Origin: a virus
Length of the DNA stretch: 64,000 bases
Reading direction: 5' to 3' (one strand)
IMG/VR virus record: IMGVR_UViG_3300046001_006965
Location: 18,970 to 82,969 of that record
Of this stretch, positions 1 to 9,337 are shown piece by piece; within the stretch, counting starts at the first letter, position 1; every line of letters starts with the position of its first letter. A model generated the notes under the pieces. That model was given only the letters and a program-made list of their open reading frames with translations, made no database searches and had not been told where the DNA came from. Position numbers and translations under genes: made by a program.

Positions 1-743
1 ATTGGAGATTTCACGGTGTACCATAGCGGTTCGTCTTGACTATCATAAACAATTGGAATACGGTCGAATCCGTGAGGCAAATTGGTAAACAAAACGGAAC
101 CCTTGAAGTGAAGCATATTAGTTTCATTCCAAATTTGCACATTAGCCACTTCTTTTTCTCCTTCCTTGGCTTTATATTCCCACATAAAAAGCAACATATT
201 GCCTGTAGCATCAAAATAGGGCGTCATTGTTCCTTTGGTATTGTCCAGGACCAAAGCTTTAATTTCCTTGACTTGTGTTTTTAGTTTCAAAAATGACAAC
301 ACTTTGTTTAAAAGTGAGGTCTCACCGGCATCAACAATGTAGAATTGCATGGCCACTTGGGTTTGCGAAAACTTGATGATGGTGGCATCCAACAGTTTTG
401 AATCAATGCGATTTACTCTCCATATTTGTTTGACCAATTTTGACAAGTTGTTTTCCTCTGAAGGAATTAACGTGATGGGTTTTCCAATGACAAAAGCGGC
501 CAAAGTTTCGACAATATTCTGGGCGTGATTAATGTAGATTTTAACCATTTTAGAAACTTTACCGGCTTCCAGAGTTTTATCTACCTGGATCTTTTCGAGC
601 TGTCCTTCTCGTTGATCTCTGGCAAATTCTTTGTACTCTTTGACATAGTTTTCGATGTCGGTTGGTTTCTTGGTGCTTTGCGCCTTGATGGTTTCAATCG
701 CTTTTTGCGGGTCTGATTGCAATAATTCCAGTATTTCTTCCAT
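1..743 (-). CDS. Phage portal protein, SPP1 gp6-like (3' end runs off the window)
   Basis: Translated by hand from ATG 743: MEEILELLQSDPQK...IVETLAAFVIGKPITL...PHGFDRIPIVY, open to base 1; immediately downstream of TerL; not in the ORF track. Confidence 0.85.
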   Translation of the reverse strand, partial: MEEILELLQSDPQKAIETIKAQSTKKPTDIENYVKEYKEFARDQREGQLEKIQVDKTLEAGKVSKMVKIYINHAQNIVETLAAFVIGKPITLIPSEENNLSKLVKQIWRVNRIDSKLLDATIIKFSQTQVAMQFYIVDAGETSLLNKVLSFLKLKTQVKEIKALVLDNTKGTMTPYFDATGNMLLFMWEYKAKEGEKEVANVQIWNETNMLHFKGSVLFTNLPHGFDRIPIVYDSQDEPLWYTVKSP

Positions 744-755
744 GATGAATATTTA

Positions 756-2225
756 TTAATAGTTTAGTTTTCTGCTTTGTTCCTCTGTCATTTTAAAGAC
801 CGTTTCTCTTGGGCTATTGTGTGCGATGTGGCCATATCTAGCTGCATCCCAAATGTGATTCCATTTATCGATAGGCTGGTTGATCTGAAGACCTCCTATC
901 TCTTTCATCTTGTAATTCTGTTGCTCTTTGAGAGCTTCTTTATACAGATGATTTTTGATAATGTGAACCTTCTTTTTTTTCATCGATGTAAGCCAAAACA
1001 TCACCGATTTAGTTTTGCTGATTTTGTAAGCATTAACAAAACCCTCATCATTAAGGCCTCGGACCATCTCCACCGTTCCTTTGTTTTCTCCGGTGTATTT
1101 ATCGGCAGAATCACAAGGAATAATATCTATGGCTTTATCAATTCCAAGGCTGTTCAATAATTCGGATAGTGCAGATGGCGTTTCTATCGGCTCATACGAC
1201 AAAGGCTCTATCCAAATATTATATTCATCTTCGGCATATCGCACCAGCGTATTTGGATCTGTTGTAAATCCAAAGTCATTTGGATAAATAGGTGCTTTTT
1301 CTTCAGGAAATTTATCAAGCCAAAATACATTTGGAAATATTAATCCTTTCATTGCGCCTCGAAGTCCTAAACCGTATATTTTCCAGTAATCTTCGTCGGC
1401 CGTACCGTTAGTGATATTCGTTGGATGCGGTGGCGGTTGGTTCGTTTTGCTGATGGGTTCAACCTTTCCGGTTGCTTTGTTATAGCATTGTATCAAACTA
1501 TCTTTGACAATGTATGAACCAGGCTTCCAAGGCTCGGTAATTATAATCTCATTCTTTTCTTGTGGTGAAATGAATTTATTATCATTGAATGTTGTTCGAA
1601 GGAAAGCAACGTCTGGACGGGTCAAAGCATTATCAAAAAACCAGTGATCTGTGAATGACGGGTTATAATCAGCCCACCAAAACTTTCTACAACGCATTAC
1701 CACCTGACTGAAAACTGACTTTTTTATAAACATTACTTCATTGAAGAAAGCATAGTCGCAACCTCCACCGTGTTTTCCATCGCCAATGAAATGTATTTTT
1801 GATTTTCCTATCTTGAAAGCTTTTACTTCTTCGGCATCGTGGAATTTATTAGGAAGTCCGTAATCATCCAATCGCCTTTTGAAATCATCGTACAAAGTAG
1901 TCTTGAATTCGTTGTACGTTTCACGGTAAATATTGATCGTGCATCCGTTTGGTTCGAAGTAAAGGCAAAGCCAAATAATAATGTCCACACCGGACCAAGT
2001 TTTTCCGGAACGTGAGGAACCTTCTAAGCCAGCGCCACGATAACCAGAAACGAGCTCCATTTTTCCGTTTACCTCTTTGTATTCCTGACTTGAAATGGCA
2101 TTATGAAGAAGCGTGTAGTTTGGATTTGTTTCTTCATTTAAAACACAAAGCCGTTTACGTGAAAAGTCGATGTCTCTTTCTTTCAAAAGAGTTTCGAGTT
2201 CTAACATTTCGGCATCGTTTAGCAA
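756..2225 (-). CDS. terL: Terminase large subunit, PBSX-like
   Basis: Walker A GSSRSGKT, YAFFNE Walker B-like, DYNPS, DFGF and C-terminal HIWDAARY nuclease motifs. Confidence 0.92.
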   Translation of the reverse strand: MLNDAEMLELETLLKERDIDFSRKRLCVLNEETNPNYTLLHNAISSQEYKEVNGKMELVSGYRGAGLEGSSRSGKTWSGVDIIIWLCLYFEPNGCTINIYRETYNEFKTTLYDDFKRRLDDYGLPNKFHDAEEVKAFKIGKSKIHFIGDGKHGGGCDYAFFNEVMFIKKSVFSQVVMRCRKFWWADYNPSFTDHWFFDNALTRPDVAFLRTTFNDNKFISPQEKNEIIITEPWKPGSYIVKDSLIQCYNKATGKVEPISKTNQPPPHPTNITNGTADEDYWKIYGLGLRGAMKGLIFPNVFWLDKFPEEKAPIYPNDFGFTTDPNTLVRYAEDEYNIWIEPLSYEPIETPSALSELLNSLGIDKAIDIIPCDSADKYTGENKGTVEMVRGLNDEGFVNAYKISKTKSVMFWLTSMKKKKVHIIKNHLYKEALKEQQNYKMKEIGGLQINQPIDKWNHIWDAARYGHIAHNSPRETVFKMTEEQSRKLNY

Positions 2226-2251
2226 TTGTTGTTTTTTATTTAGTACTGATA

Positions 2252-2611
2252 TTATCTCTTTCTAAAATTATTTCTTGGCTTTGAAATGAATTTGCTTTGT
2301 ACTTTTTCGTAAACAATAGTTTTTAAATCTTCTTGAAAAGACCTCAATTTTAAGGCTTCATCCCTGAAACAATCATCCATTGAAACAATTTTATCTGGAG
2401 TAATTTTTTTCAATTCATTTATAGAATCAATTGCATATTTAACTGATATTGCAGCATCATCAAAAGACATATTTAAACTAGCCATAGCCGAACCAATATC
2501 AGCAAAATCAACTCCAACTAACACAAGCCTTTCTTTTAAAGATTTTTGCATCAATGCGCGCTTTCCTTGTCTACAATGGCCAATTATAATAATCCCTCTT
2601 TCGCTTTCCAT
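2252..2611 (-). CDS. Hypothetical phage protein
   Basis: 119-aa ORF tightly coupled within the operon. Confidence 0.6.
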   Translation of the reverse strand: MESERGIIIIGHCRQGKRALMQKSLKERLVLVGVDFADIGSAMASLNMSFDDAAISVKYAIDSINELKKITPDKIVSMDDCFRDEALKLRSFQEDLKTIVYEKVQSKFISKPRNNFRKR

Positions 2612-2868
2612 TACTCTACAACTTTGATTAATTTAAAATAGATCATGAAATTGATTTTGTCCTTGATGCTTTCTTGGGCTTTACGTCCAAATGCTCGTTT
2701 GTTTTGTTGCATCAATACAAACTGGTCAATGACTTTTTGTCGCTCGATTGGATCGTTGAGCTTGTGTTTTTCGATGATTCTTTTAACCTGTTCCTTTTGG
2801 GCACGTTTCCTGATCAGGTATTGAAACCGGATGGACAGATTCCGTTTGATGGCTTTTAGAATACTCAT
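2611..2868 (-). CDS. Hypothetical basic protein
   Basis: Stop/start overlaps with both neighbours. Confidence 0.6.
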   Translation of the reverse strand: MSILKAIKRNLSIRFQYLIRKRAQKEQVKRIIEKHKLNDPIERQKVIDQFVLMQQNKRAFGRKAQESIKDKINFMIYFKLIKVVE

Positions 2869-3191
2869 TTTACTTTGTTTAATTCGTAATCTATTTGAGC
2901 AGCAATCAAGGCGCCGGCTTTTGTAAGTTCCTTGATTCTGTCCTTTGGAGTCGGTTTCCAGAATTTTTCATCCCACGGCCACATAGCAGTAATAAAACTA
3001 CTATATTCAGGATCTTCTATTGGTTCTGATTTTTTACCACGATAACCTTCATTTAAAGCATAACAAACGCCTGCTAAAGCTAATTGTTCACCTTTATACA
3101 AAAAATCATTGGTGTAATCATACCCTAATTCTTCTATTTGTCTTTTTCGCTCGATGGCGATTAATTCTACACCTTTGCTCATTTTATGCAC
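2865..3191 (-). CDS. Conserved phage hypothetical protein
   Basis: IAIERKRQI...WPWD..WKP...L.KAGALIAA.ID pattern, recalled as a recurrent phage family. Confidence 0.7.
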   Translation of the reverse strand: MHKMSKGVELIAIERKRQIEELGYDYTNDFLYKGEQLALAGVCYALNEGYRGKKSEPIEDPEYSSFITAMWPWDEKFWKPTPKDRIKELTKAGALIAAQIDYELNKVK

Positions 3192-3414
3192 GTTTTAAAA
3201 TTTGTAATGGTTTATTCAATCCTAATGAAATAATCTTCATATCTCTGGCTTTGGCCGCTTCTCTATCATCATCAAAGCAACCACATAAATAAGTGATGCC
3301 TTTGTCTAATACTGTTGAAATCCATTTTGAAGCATCCCTATTCCAGCGAACGCCAACGTATTTCGAAACCCGATTGTTTGAAGTTCTGCCTTCTTTGATA
3401 AATTTTGTAGCCAT
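3184..3414 (-). CDS. Stand-alone AP2-domain DNA-binding protein
   Basis: SKYVGVRWN..KW...YLCGCFDDDREAAKARD matches the AP2 consensus. Confidence 0.8.
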   Translation of the reverse strand: MATKFIKEGRTSNNRVSKYVGVRWNRDASKWISTVLDKGITYLCGCFDDDREAAKARDMKIISLGLNKPLQILKRA

Positions 3415-3620
3415 TATAGTTCCGTGATTAATGATTGGACAAATACGTCCTGGTCTTTGAGCACAATCTTCATCCCGTCGTTTTCTTGGGATTCTGCAAA
3501 ATCAAGTAAGGCGTAGCCAATAAGTGTTGGATCCACTGTTTCTTTGCCTTCAACAAATACACGTCCGTTTACGATTTCTATCATGGTTATTTTGGGGTTT
3601 TGGTTTAAAAATAAAAGCAA
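3414..3620 (-). CDS. Hypothetical protein (start probably at internal MIEIVNG)
   Basis: ORF abutting the AP2 gene. Confidence 0.55.
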   Translation of the reverse strand: MLLFLNQNPKITMIEIVNGRVFVEGKETVDPTLIGYALLDFAESQENDGMKIVLKDQDVFVQSLITEL

Positions 3621-3825
3621 TTCACATCTGGTTTTTTAAAAGGGGGTATTAATGAAAATTAAAAAACATTGCCACCTCCTAACGACATACGATCCAGATT
3701 CCCTACATCCCTATTTTTACCCAGTAATCGATGCAGCATTGAATGATTTAACGAGCCTTTCCAACCCGACTGGTTCAATGTCCCGACTAATCTCGGGATG
3801 AATTGCTTTTGTTTCAAATAACATT

Positions 3826-3899
3826 TTGTTGCGGATGTCGGACTCGAACCGATCTAATAGGTTATGAGCCTACTGTGCTAGCCATTACACTACACCGCG
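3826..3899 (-). tRNA. tRNA-Met(CAU)-like gene, imperfect stems (possibly initiator-like or pseudo)
   Basis: Reverse strand CGCGGTG-TA-GTGTAATGGCTAGCAC-A-GTAGG-CTCATAA-CCTAT-TAGA-TCGG-TTCGAGT-CCGA-CATCCGCA-ACAA. Confidence 0.75.
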
Positions 3900-4002
3900 C
3901 TATTTCTATGGATAACCTATATCATTGTACTTTTGATAAAATCTACTTTTGCTATTCGCGAAATACCAATCATAAACCTTTCAGTTATCCTTCTCTCTGG
4001 TT

Positions 4003-4075
4003 TTGTGGAGAAGAACGGACTCGAACCGATATACCGAAGCACCAACAACTGCTCTACCATTTGAGCTACTTCCCC
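4003..4075 (-). ncRNA. tRNA-Ala-like RNA without a canonical anticodon arm
   Basis: Acceptor GGGGAAG/CTTCTCC with G3:U70 and A73; D-arm GCTC/GAGC; T-loop TTCGAGT; centre does not form an anticodon stem. Confidence 0.65.
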
Positions 4076-4080
4076 ATTTA

Positions 4081-4110
4081 AAAAAGCCGTTCATTTACTG
4101 AAAGGCTTTT
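4081..4110. terminator. Intrinsic terminator-like hairpin
   Basis: AAAAGCCgTTCA-tttac-TGAAaGGCTTTT with flanking A/T runs. Confidence 0.55.
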
Positions 4111-4129
4111 ATACATTGAATTGACCTTT

Positions 4130-4510
4130 TTAACAGTCGTTCCTGATCTTGTTACAGGAACTTGTTTTACTGGTCTTAAAATTTAAATTGTAATTTGTAA
4201 TCAATTTTTCTTTGTATGGAATATGCACAAAAGATAAATTTTCACTTCGCCATCCTACATCTGTGATGATTGCTAAGGATGGGTTTAAAGTTTTTTGATT
4301 GCTTTCAATGAAAATACATTGAGAAAAAGCCGCTTCAATCGGAACGGAAACAACTTGAAAAGTGTAATCTACATTTACAGCCTCAATGCTGACAGATTGA
4401 TCTGCCGTGAGTACTGTTTTCTGTTTTTGGTCCGGTTTGCTTGTAGTTGCAAATGCCGTCAAACTAATCATCCCGATTAGCAAAATAAAGACCGAACGAA
4501 TGTTCTTCAT
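4130..4510 (-). CDS. Secreted hypothetical protein
   Basis: Signal peptide MKNIRSVFILLIGMISLTAFA; own upstream promoter. Confidence 0.7.
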   Translation of the reverse strand: MKNIRSVFILLIGMISLTAFATTSKPDQKQKTVLTADQSVSIEAVNVDYTFQVVSVPIEAAFSQCIFIESNQKTLNPSLAIITDVGWRSENLSFVHIPYKEKLITNYNLNFKTSKTSSCNKIRNDC

Positions 4511-4517
4511 AACGATA

Positions 4518-4559
4518 TCAAAAGTAACATATTTTACAATATAATTGCAAAATATGTTA
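4518..4559 (-). promoter_or_regulatory. Bacteroidota sigma-A promoter overlapped by 35-bp operator (copy 1)
   Basis: Minus-strand -7 box TACTTTTG; TAACATATT-N17-AATATGTTA at 4525-4559. Confidence 0.65.
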
Positions 4560-4577
4560 TTAATTAGTTAAAAAAAG

Positions 4578-5045
4578 TTAGATTAATTTTTGCGCTTTAG
4601 CTATAAGTGCCGCTATGCGTGCTTCACGCTCTTCGGAATTGGTTATTACCAAAGGATTTTCTTTGTCGCCCTGGATCATAATTTTAGTTACAGGATAGAT
4701 TGCCTCTAACTTATTTATTTCCTTTTTGTAGTTCAAGAGAACAGCCATTCCTTGAGGAGTGTTTTTAAACTTGGCATCCATCGAACGAACATCTTGCTTT
4801 AGTTCTGCAATTTTTAATGATCGCTTTTGCTCGACGGTAGCTTCCTGTTCTTCATGCCAAATCTTGTAAGCTTTTTGAAGTAAAACTTTTGATTGCCTTC
4901 TCTTGATGTACTCGCCATCTTTATTTACAAACTGCTGCTCGATATTCTTTAAAATCAAATAATCGGGCACGCCATTGATTATCCACCCTTGAATGGTGAA
5001 TACTCGTTTTTCGGTTTCTAATTTACTTGATCTAGAACCTGGCAT
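4578..5045 (-). CDS. Putative terminase small subunit
   Basis: Helical protein with C-terminal IQGDKENPLVI typical of TerS; lies after the methylase and upstream of TerL. Confidence 0.5.
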   Translation of the reverse strand: MPGSRSSKLETEKRVFTIQGWIINGVPDYLILKNIEQQFVNKDGEYIKRRQSKVLLQKAYKIWHEEQEATVEQKRSLKIAELKQDVRSMDAKFKNTPQGMAVLLNYKKEINKLEAIYPVTKIMIQGDKENPLVITNSEEREARIAALIAKAQKLI

Positions 5046-5050
5046 ATCGT

Positions 5051-5287
5051 TTATTGATTTGGGTACATTCGTTTAATAACCGCAATATGTCGGCTTAATT
5101 CTGTAATCCTATCCCGGAGTTTGATAGCTTCTTTTTCTCTCAAAATACGTATTTCGGCATCTTGCTCAGCAATTGGTTTTGGCTCATAAGCCAACAATGC
5201 TTTTTCGTTTATCGTTTTTTCTTCTTCTAGGTAGTCTAAAATGGAATCTCTCATTTCGATTAATATTTGGTAGTTTGTTTTTGCCAT
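5051..5287 (-). CDS. Hypothetical coiled-coil protein
   Basis: 78-aa ORF in the operon. Confidence 0.6.
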   Translation of the reverse strand: MAKTNYQILIEMRDSILDYLEEEKTINEKALLAYEPKPIAEQDAEIRILREKEAIKLRDRITELSRHIAVIKRMYPNQ

Positions 5288-5558
5288 TTCTTCACTTAGT
5301 TTTGTTACGATGGCATAAATGTAAGCAAAACTGATATTAAACCCGTACAGTGACCGAAGCCACTATTTAAATTTCATAATTTATTATTGTTCTAAAAAGC
5401 GTAAATAGTATGTCCGTCCAATAACAATACTCTATTTCCGTGAATAGCAAAAACTTTGGTTTTGATTTCTATTTCTTCTCCTCTGTCTTCGACTGCATAA
5501 GTGATGTTATCTCCTTTTTTTAATTTTTCTAATAAATACATGGCTTGCTTGTTTTTAA

Positions 5559-7046
5559 TTACAGAGCAATATTGGGTTGAATTTCGTACTGTTCCAAGTC
5601 ATCACCCAAGTTTAATTCAGGATAGTTTTCTTTTATTTTCTTTGGATCACCTTTGTAGAACACCAATACATTCTGGTGCATTTTGCCTACTTTTCGGCCA
5701 CCGTTGAACTGGCGACGAACACGAATGGCCAGAGAACCCACCACGTTTACCAATATAATTTCATTGTAGTACTTTGCTCCGGCTTCTTCAAAAGCCCGTA
5801 CTGTATCGCCCACAAAGTTGTAATAAAATCCTTTTTTATCTCTAACATCACCCACAACAAAACAGGCGAAGCGATCATCTTTGAGTCGTGCAATTGATTT
5901 TTTGATGATACTGAAATAAGCATCTTTGAAGTCTGCATAATCCATATTGGACAAATCCTTTGGATCATCACTATATTTCTCTAAATCGGCATAAGGCGGA
6001 CAGCTATACACAAAATCATAAGTACGTTTTTCGTCCATATCTTTTTCCAAGACATCATTACTATCGCCAGCGTGCCACATCACATTTTCTATATTCAAAA
6101 CCTTGGCTTGTTTTCTGTTAGCATCACATTGATCTTCTCTCAAATCAATTCCCAAGTATTCATAACCAAGAACTCCGGCAACTATACCACGAACAGAACC
6201 ACCGGCAAAAGGATCTAAAATAAAACCACCTTCAGGACAAAACCAACGATAGGAAAGCTCACAAAGAACTGGATCAAAAATACTGGCGCCTTCGTAAACG
6301 TGCATTCCTTTTTTCTTTGCATAGTCAAGGATTTCATCCCACTCGGGGTCACGTCCTAAGTTTTCACGCATTTTATTTCTAAGTTCATAGATTGCTGTTG
6401 ATTGGCCACTTTTTGCGATTAGCTCAACATCTTCTCGGGTTTCTTGTGAGTTGAAACCAAGTGACAACCATTTGCGTTTTCTTTCTTGCCACACTCCAGA
6501 GCGTGTATCTAAAATTGAAAAAGGAGGAAATATAAAACTATCTTTTAACGAAGATGGAATGATCGGATTATTTTCGGAATCATTTTTATTCATCAAACCC
6601 TGGAAAGCAATTTCGTCAAAGTCTGCAATATTCAACATTGCTTGCATATCCGGAAAGTCTAAATCAAAATTATTAACGAAGTCGAACAATCCTTGCTGGG
6701 TAATTTTTGCGTAGTTACTAGAGTACACTAAAACCAATTCGGCTGCTTCTTTCATATTGGCACAATCAACAAAAGTGGCCGGCAGCAATTCCGGAACGGA
6801 ACTACCGGACAATGATACTTTTTCTAAATCTAAAAACCTATGGCGACCATCAAGGCAATAGTTCACTCCATCGTTGTGCCATACCATAAACGGAGCAATG
6901 AATTGATATTTTAAAATGGATTCAACCAGCTTTTCAGCACCGTTATTAACCCATTCCTTGAAGTTTTCCTGTTGGATGAATTGAAGCTCACGCCAGTTGA
7001 TTGGCTCTGTTTTTAGGATTCTGGAAGCTATAGTTTGTGACGTCAT
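5559..7046 (-). CDS. ParB/Srx-like domain fused to an amino-DNA methyltransferase
   Basis: N-terminal CLDGRHR (ParB-like); ILDPFAGG SAM motif I; SCPPY motif IV; likely start MTSQ at 7046. Confidence 0.88.
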   Translation of the reverse strand: MTSQTIASRILKTEPINWRELQFIQQENFKEWVNNGAEKLVESILKYQFIAPFMVWHNDGVNYCLDGRHRFLDLEKVSLSGSSVPELLPATFVDCANMKEAAELVLVYSSNYAKITQQGLFDFVNNFDLDFPDMQAMLNIADFDEIAFQGLMNKNDSENNPIIPSSLKDSFIFPPFSILDTRSGVWQERKRKWLSLGFNSQETREDVELIAKSGQSTAIYELRNKMRENLGRDPEWDEILDYAKKKGMHVYEGASIFDPVLCELSYRWFCPEGGFILDPFAGGSVRGIVAGVLGYEYLGIDLREDQCDANRKQAKVLNIENVMWHAGDSNDVLEKDMDEKRTYDFVYSCPPYADLEKYSDDPKDLSNMDYADFKDAYFSIIKKSIARLKDDRFACFVVGDVRDKKGFYYNFVGDTVRAFEEAGAKYYNEIILVNVVGSLAIRVRRQFNGGRKVGKMHQNVLVFYKGDPKKIKENYPELNLGDDLEQYEIQPNIAL

Positions 7047-7082
7047 TTTTTTGAAATATTTTTCTTTGGTTACATTATACCA

Positions 7083-7123
7083 CAAATGTAACAAAATATG
7101 TTATTACATTGCAAAATATGTTA
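7083..7123 (-). promoter_or_regulatory. Promoter plus 35-bp operator (copy 2)
   Basis: -7 box TACATTTG; TAACAAAAT-N17-AATATGTTA at 7089-7123. Confidence 0.65.
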
Positions 7124-7130
7124 TAATAGA

Positions 7131-7155
7131 AAAGCCACTTGCAGTAAGTGGCTTT
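7131..7155. terminator. Intrinsic terminator
   Basis: AAAGCCACTTG-cag-TAAGTGGCTTT hairpin. Confidence 0.65.
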
Positions 7156-7276
7156 ATCATAAATAACTGAATGTTAATGTATTAAATTTTTGGTCGAAGA
7201 AATATAATTACATCATTCCCTATTTGTATTGGGGTGGGGCTTTCACATCAAAACCAACTTTATGGCCTGTTTTAGA

Positions 7277-7918
7277 TTATGACCATAATTTTTTAGCAGT
7301 TTCAAGGTTCTTTTCTGCTTCATTTACTGCTTTTTTAGCATAAGTAAGCGAATAAGAGTGTCGTCTTTCGTACTTTCCGGACTTCAATCCTTCGTGCTGT
7401 TCTTTGGCTGCTTCGACTTTGTATTCAAAATACTCCAGGCTTTCCGGCATTGAAAGATTTATGACGTTTGCTTTTCTTTCCCAGTATTCGGCTTTGCTTT
7501 CGTGTTGTTCTGCGATTTTGGTATTCTCTACAGATTTGGCCATTCTATTCCAATTACGGTCTATTAACGCTCTATGACGTTTTTCTGAATGATGGCCAAT
7601 CTTAATTGGTTCTGCCAATGCTAGAAAATCTCTTCCTTCTTGAGACGCTTCAAAGTATTCAGTTGATTTGCTTTCTCGGGAATTTGCCCAGTTATGATAA
7701 CGTTCTGCTTTGGCTTTTGCAAACTCCTGAACATTAAAACCGTCAGCTCTTACAATGGAATAGTAATAATGATCGTCCTTTCTTAACACAAGGTTAAAAA
7801 CAATACATTCGTGTTCTTTTCCATATTTTGTTTCCAAGGTAATGGTTTCTCCTTTTTCGTGTCTTTCTGGACATTTTGCCACAAAAACATTAGCAGTAAA
7901 TTTTGAGTAAGTGTTCAT
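7277..7918 (-). CDS. DUF3560-domain protein
   Basis: EPIKIGHHSEKRHR signature. Confidence 0.85.
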   Translation of the reverse strand: MNTYSKFTANVFVAKCPERHEKGETITLETKYGKEHECIVFNLVLRKDDHYYYSIVRADGFNVQEFAKAKAERYHNWANSRESKSTEYFEASQEGRDFLALAEPIKIGHHSEKRHRALIDRNWNRMAKSVENTKIAEQHESKAEYWERKANVINLSMPESLEYFEYKVEAAKEQHEGLKSGKYERRHSYSLTYAKKAVNEAEKNLETAKKLWS

Positions 7919-8004
7919 ATTGATTATTTTTTACAGATTGTACATTTATAATTTTTGAATATTGTCATTGTGAAGCAATGTTTGCAGTATTTAAACATGG
8001 TTTT

Positions 8005-8247
8005 TTAGTTTTGAAGTTCATAATATCCGTTAATGTCGTAGGTAATCGACATTGATAAATCTTCTTCGAGTTGGTCGATGTTTTCCTCTTCTTCTTCAAA
8101 TTCGTATGATCCGGTCCATGCGTTCCATTCGGCATGATAGGAAGAATTGTCTAATCTAAATTGAAGTAAGTTTGCATCAATCGTTGTGCGTGGAGTAAAT
8201 AATAATAGTGCCATAGTATTGCTTTTTTTGTGTTTATCGTTAAGCAA
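8005..8247 (-). CDS. Small acidic hypothetical protein (likely start MALLLF)
   Basis: Very acidic stretch EFEEEEENIDQLEED; possible DNA mimic. Confidence 0.55.
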   Translation of the reverse strand: MLNDKHKKSNTMALLLFTPRTTIDANLLQFRLDNSSYHAEWNAWTGSYEFEEEEENIDQLEEDLSMSITYDINGYYELQN

Positions 8248-8298
8248 TATTAGGTTGAGATATTTTCACTGTCAAGGGAATCGGCCTTATTCTTCGAG

Positions 8299-8514
8299 TT
8301 AAAAAAGAGAAAGTTGGTCATAAATCTCTTTCTCTTTTTTGATTATTATTTCAAACAAATCAGGAAACATTACCATAAACCGGTTCATATAATTGATAAC
8401 AGTTTCAGATAGTTTTTCAATGTCAATGAAATTTTGTTTTAATTGGATCTTTGGAATGCCATTTTCATAAATGACATTCGATTTCCGGCTGTAGGTGTTA
8501 CTGAGATTAAGCAT
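8299..8514 (-). CDS. Hypothetical protein
   Basis: ORF ending QLSLF, a beta-clamp-binding-like motif. Confidence 0.55.
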   Translation of the reverse strand: MLNLSNTYSRKSNVIYENGIPKIQLKQNFIDIEKLSETVINYMNRFMVMFPDLFEIIIKKEKEIYDQLSLF

Positions 8515-8719
8515 TGCTTTTGAGTTTTACAACATAGGAATTAAATCCACTGGCTATGTATGTTTTATTTGATATTGAAAGACAGTTTAATTTATACTCA
8601 TCATCTATAAAATATTTATCTTGTAAAGTTTCAGATTCAACGTCTGATAATATTTCTAAATCCAGTCCGTTACCGATTATCCTACTGATGAAAACCAGGT
8701 CTTTTGCTTTTCTTTTCAT
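8507..8719 (-). CDS. Hypothetical protein
   Basis: Coupled ORF. Confidence 0.55.
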   Translation of the reverse strand: MKRKAKDLVFISRIIGNGLDLEILSDVESETLQDKYFIDDEYKLNCLSISNKTYIASGFNSYVVKLKSNA

Positions 8720-8723
8720 AGTT

Positions 8724-9326
8724 TTACTTTTCTGATTCTCTAATTTCTTCAGCCTCTTGTGCCATAATCGGAGAAAGTTCCCTCCAACATTCTATACAAA
8801 ATTTTTCACCTTCATCATCTTGTTCCATCGTTTCTGAGTCAAATTTGTTGCCACAACCGATGCATTCCACAATGTCGGTATCCGGAAACCAAAAAGATAG
8901 TTTCCCTTTTACGTTCAGGATTGGTTTTTCGTAAAGAACCGGATTGGCGAGTACCCAGTTGTAGATTGGTTTTTGACCGATAATTATATTAGTTCTGCCA
9001 ACTTTTGTAACTCCTTCTGATTGTTCTGCCCAAATACTCGGATTATTGATAACACAATCAATGATGTCAACTTCGCCAATGATTGCAGATTTTAAAAAGA
9101 ATTTGTTATGTTCTTCTTTTATAGAAACATCAACTTTTTTGTTAATTGCTTCCCATTGATTTACAGGAAAAGCCAAATTATTTCCTTTGAAAAATGGATA
9201 AATCTGACCTGAAGAGTGAATATATATTCTACCTCTGAAATGAGTTTTCCAAGTTCTGTTCTCGATGTCTTTAATTCCGTGAGCGATTAATGATGCCCAA
9301 GGCTGTTTGATTGATAGTGTTTTCAT
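8724..9326 (-). CDS. ASCH-domain protein with C-terminal zinc ribbon
   Basis: LSIKQPWASLIAHGIKDIENRTW; CIGC...CIEC. Confidence 0.88.
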   Translation of the reverse strand: MKTLSIKQPWASLIAHGIKDIENRTWKTHFRGRIYIHSSGQIYPFFKGNNLAFPVNQWEAINKKVDVSIKEEHNKFFLKSAIIGEVDIIDCVINNPSIWAEQSEGVTKVGRTNIIIGQKPIYNWVLANPVLYEKPILNVKGKLSFWFPDTDIVECIGCGNKFDSETMEQDDEGEKFCIECWRELSPIMAQEAEEIRESEK

Positions 9327-9337
9327 AATGTGTTTTA

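Noticed and set aside
1380-1560. Intein or intron in TerL (Pro-rich insertion)
   Set aside because: No intein splice-junction or endonuclease motifs, and the frame is uninterrupted.
7186-8306. Weak inverted repeats (TCGAAGAA/TTCTTCGA) flanking the DUF3560 block as a mobile cassette
   Set aside because: Only about 8 bp match, with no transposase or target duplication; compatible with chance.
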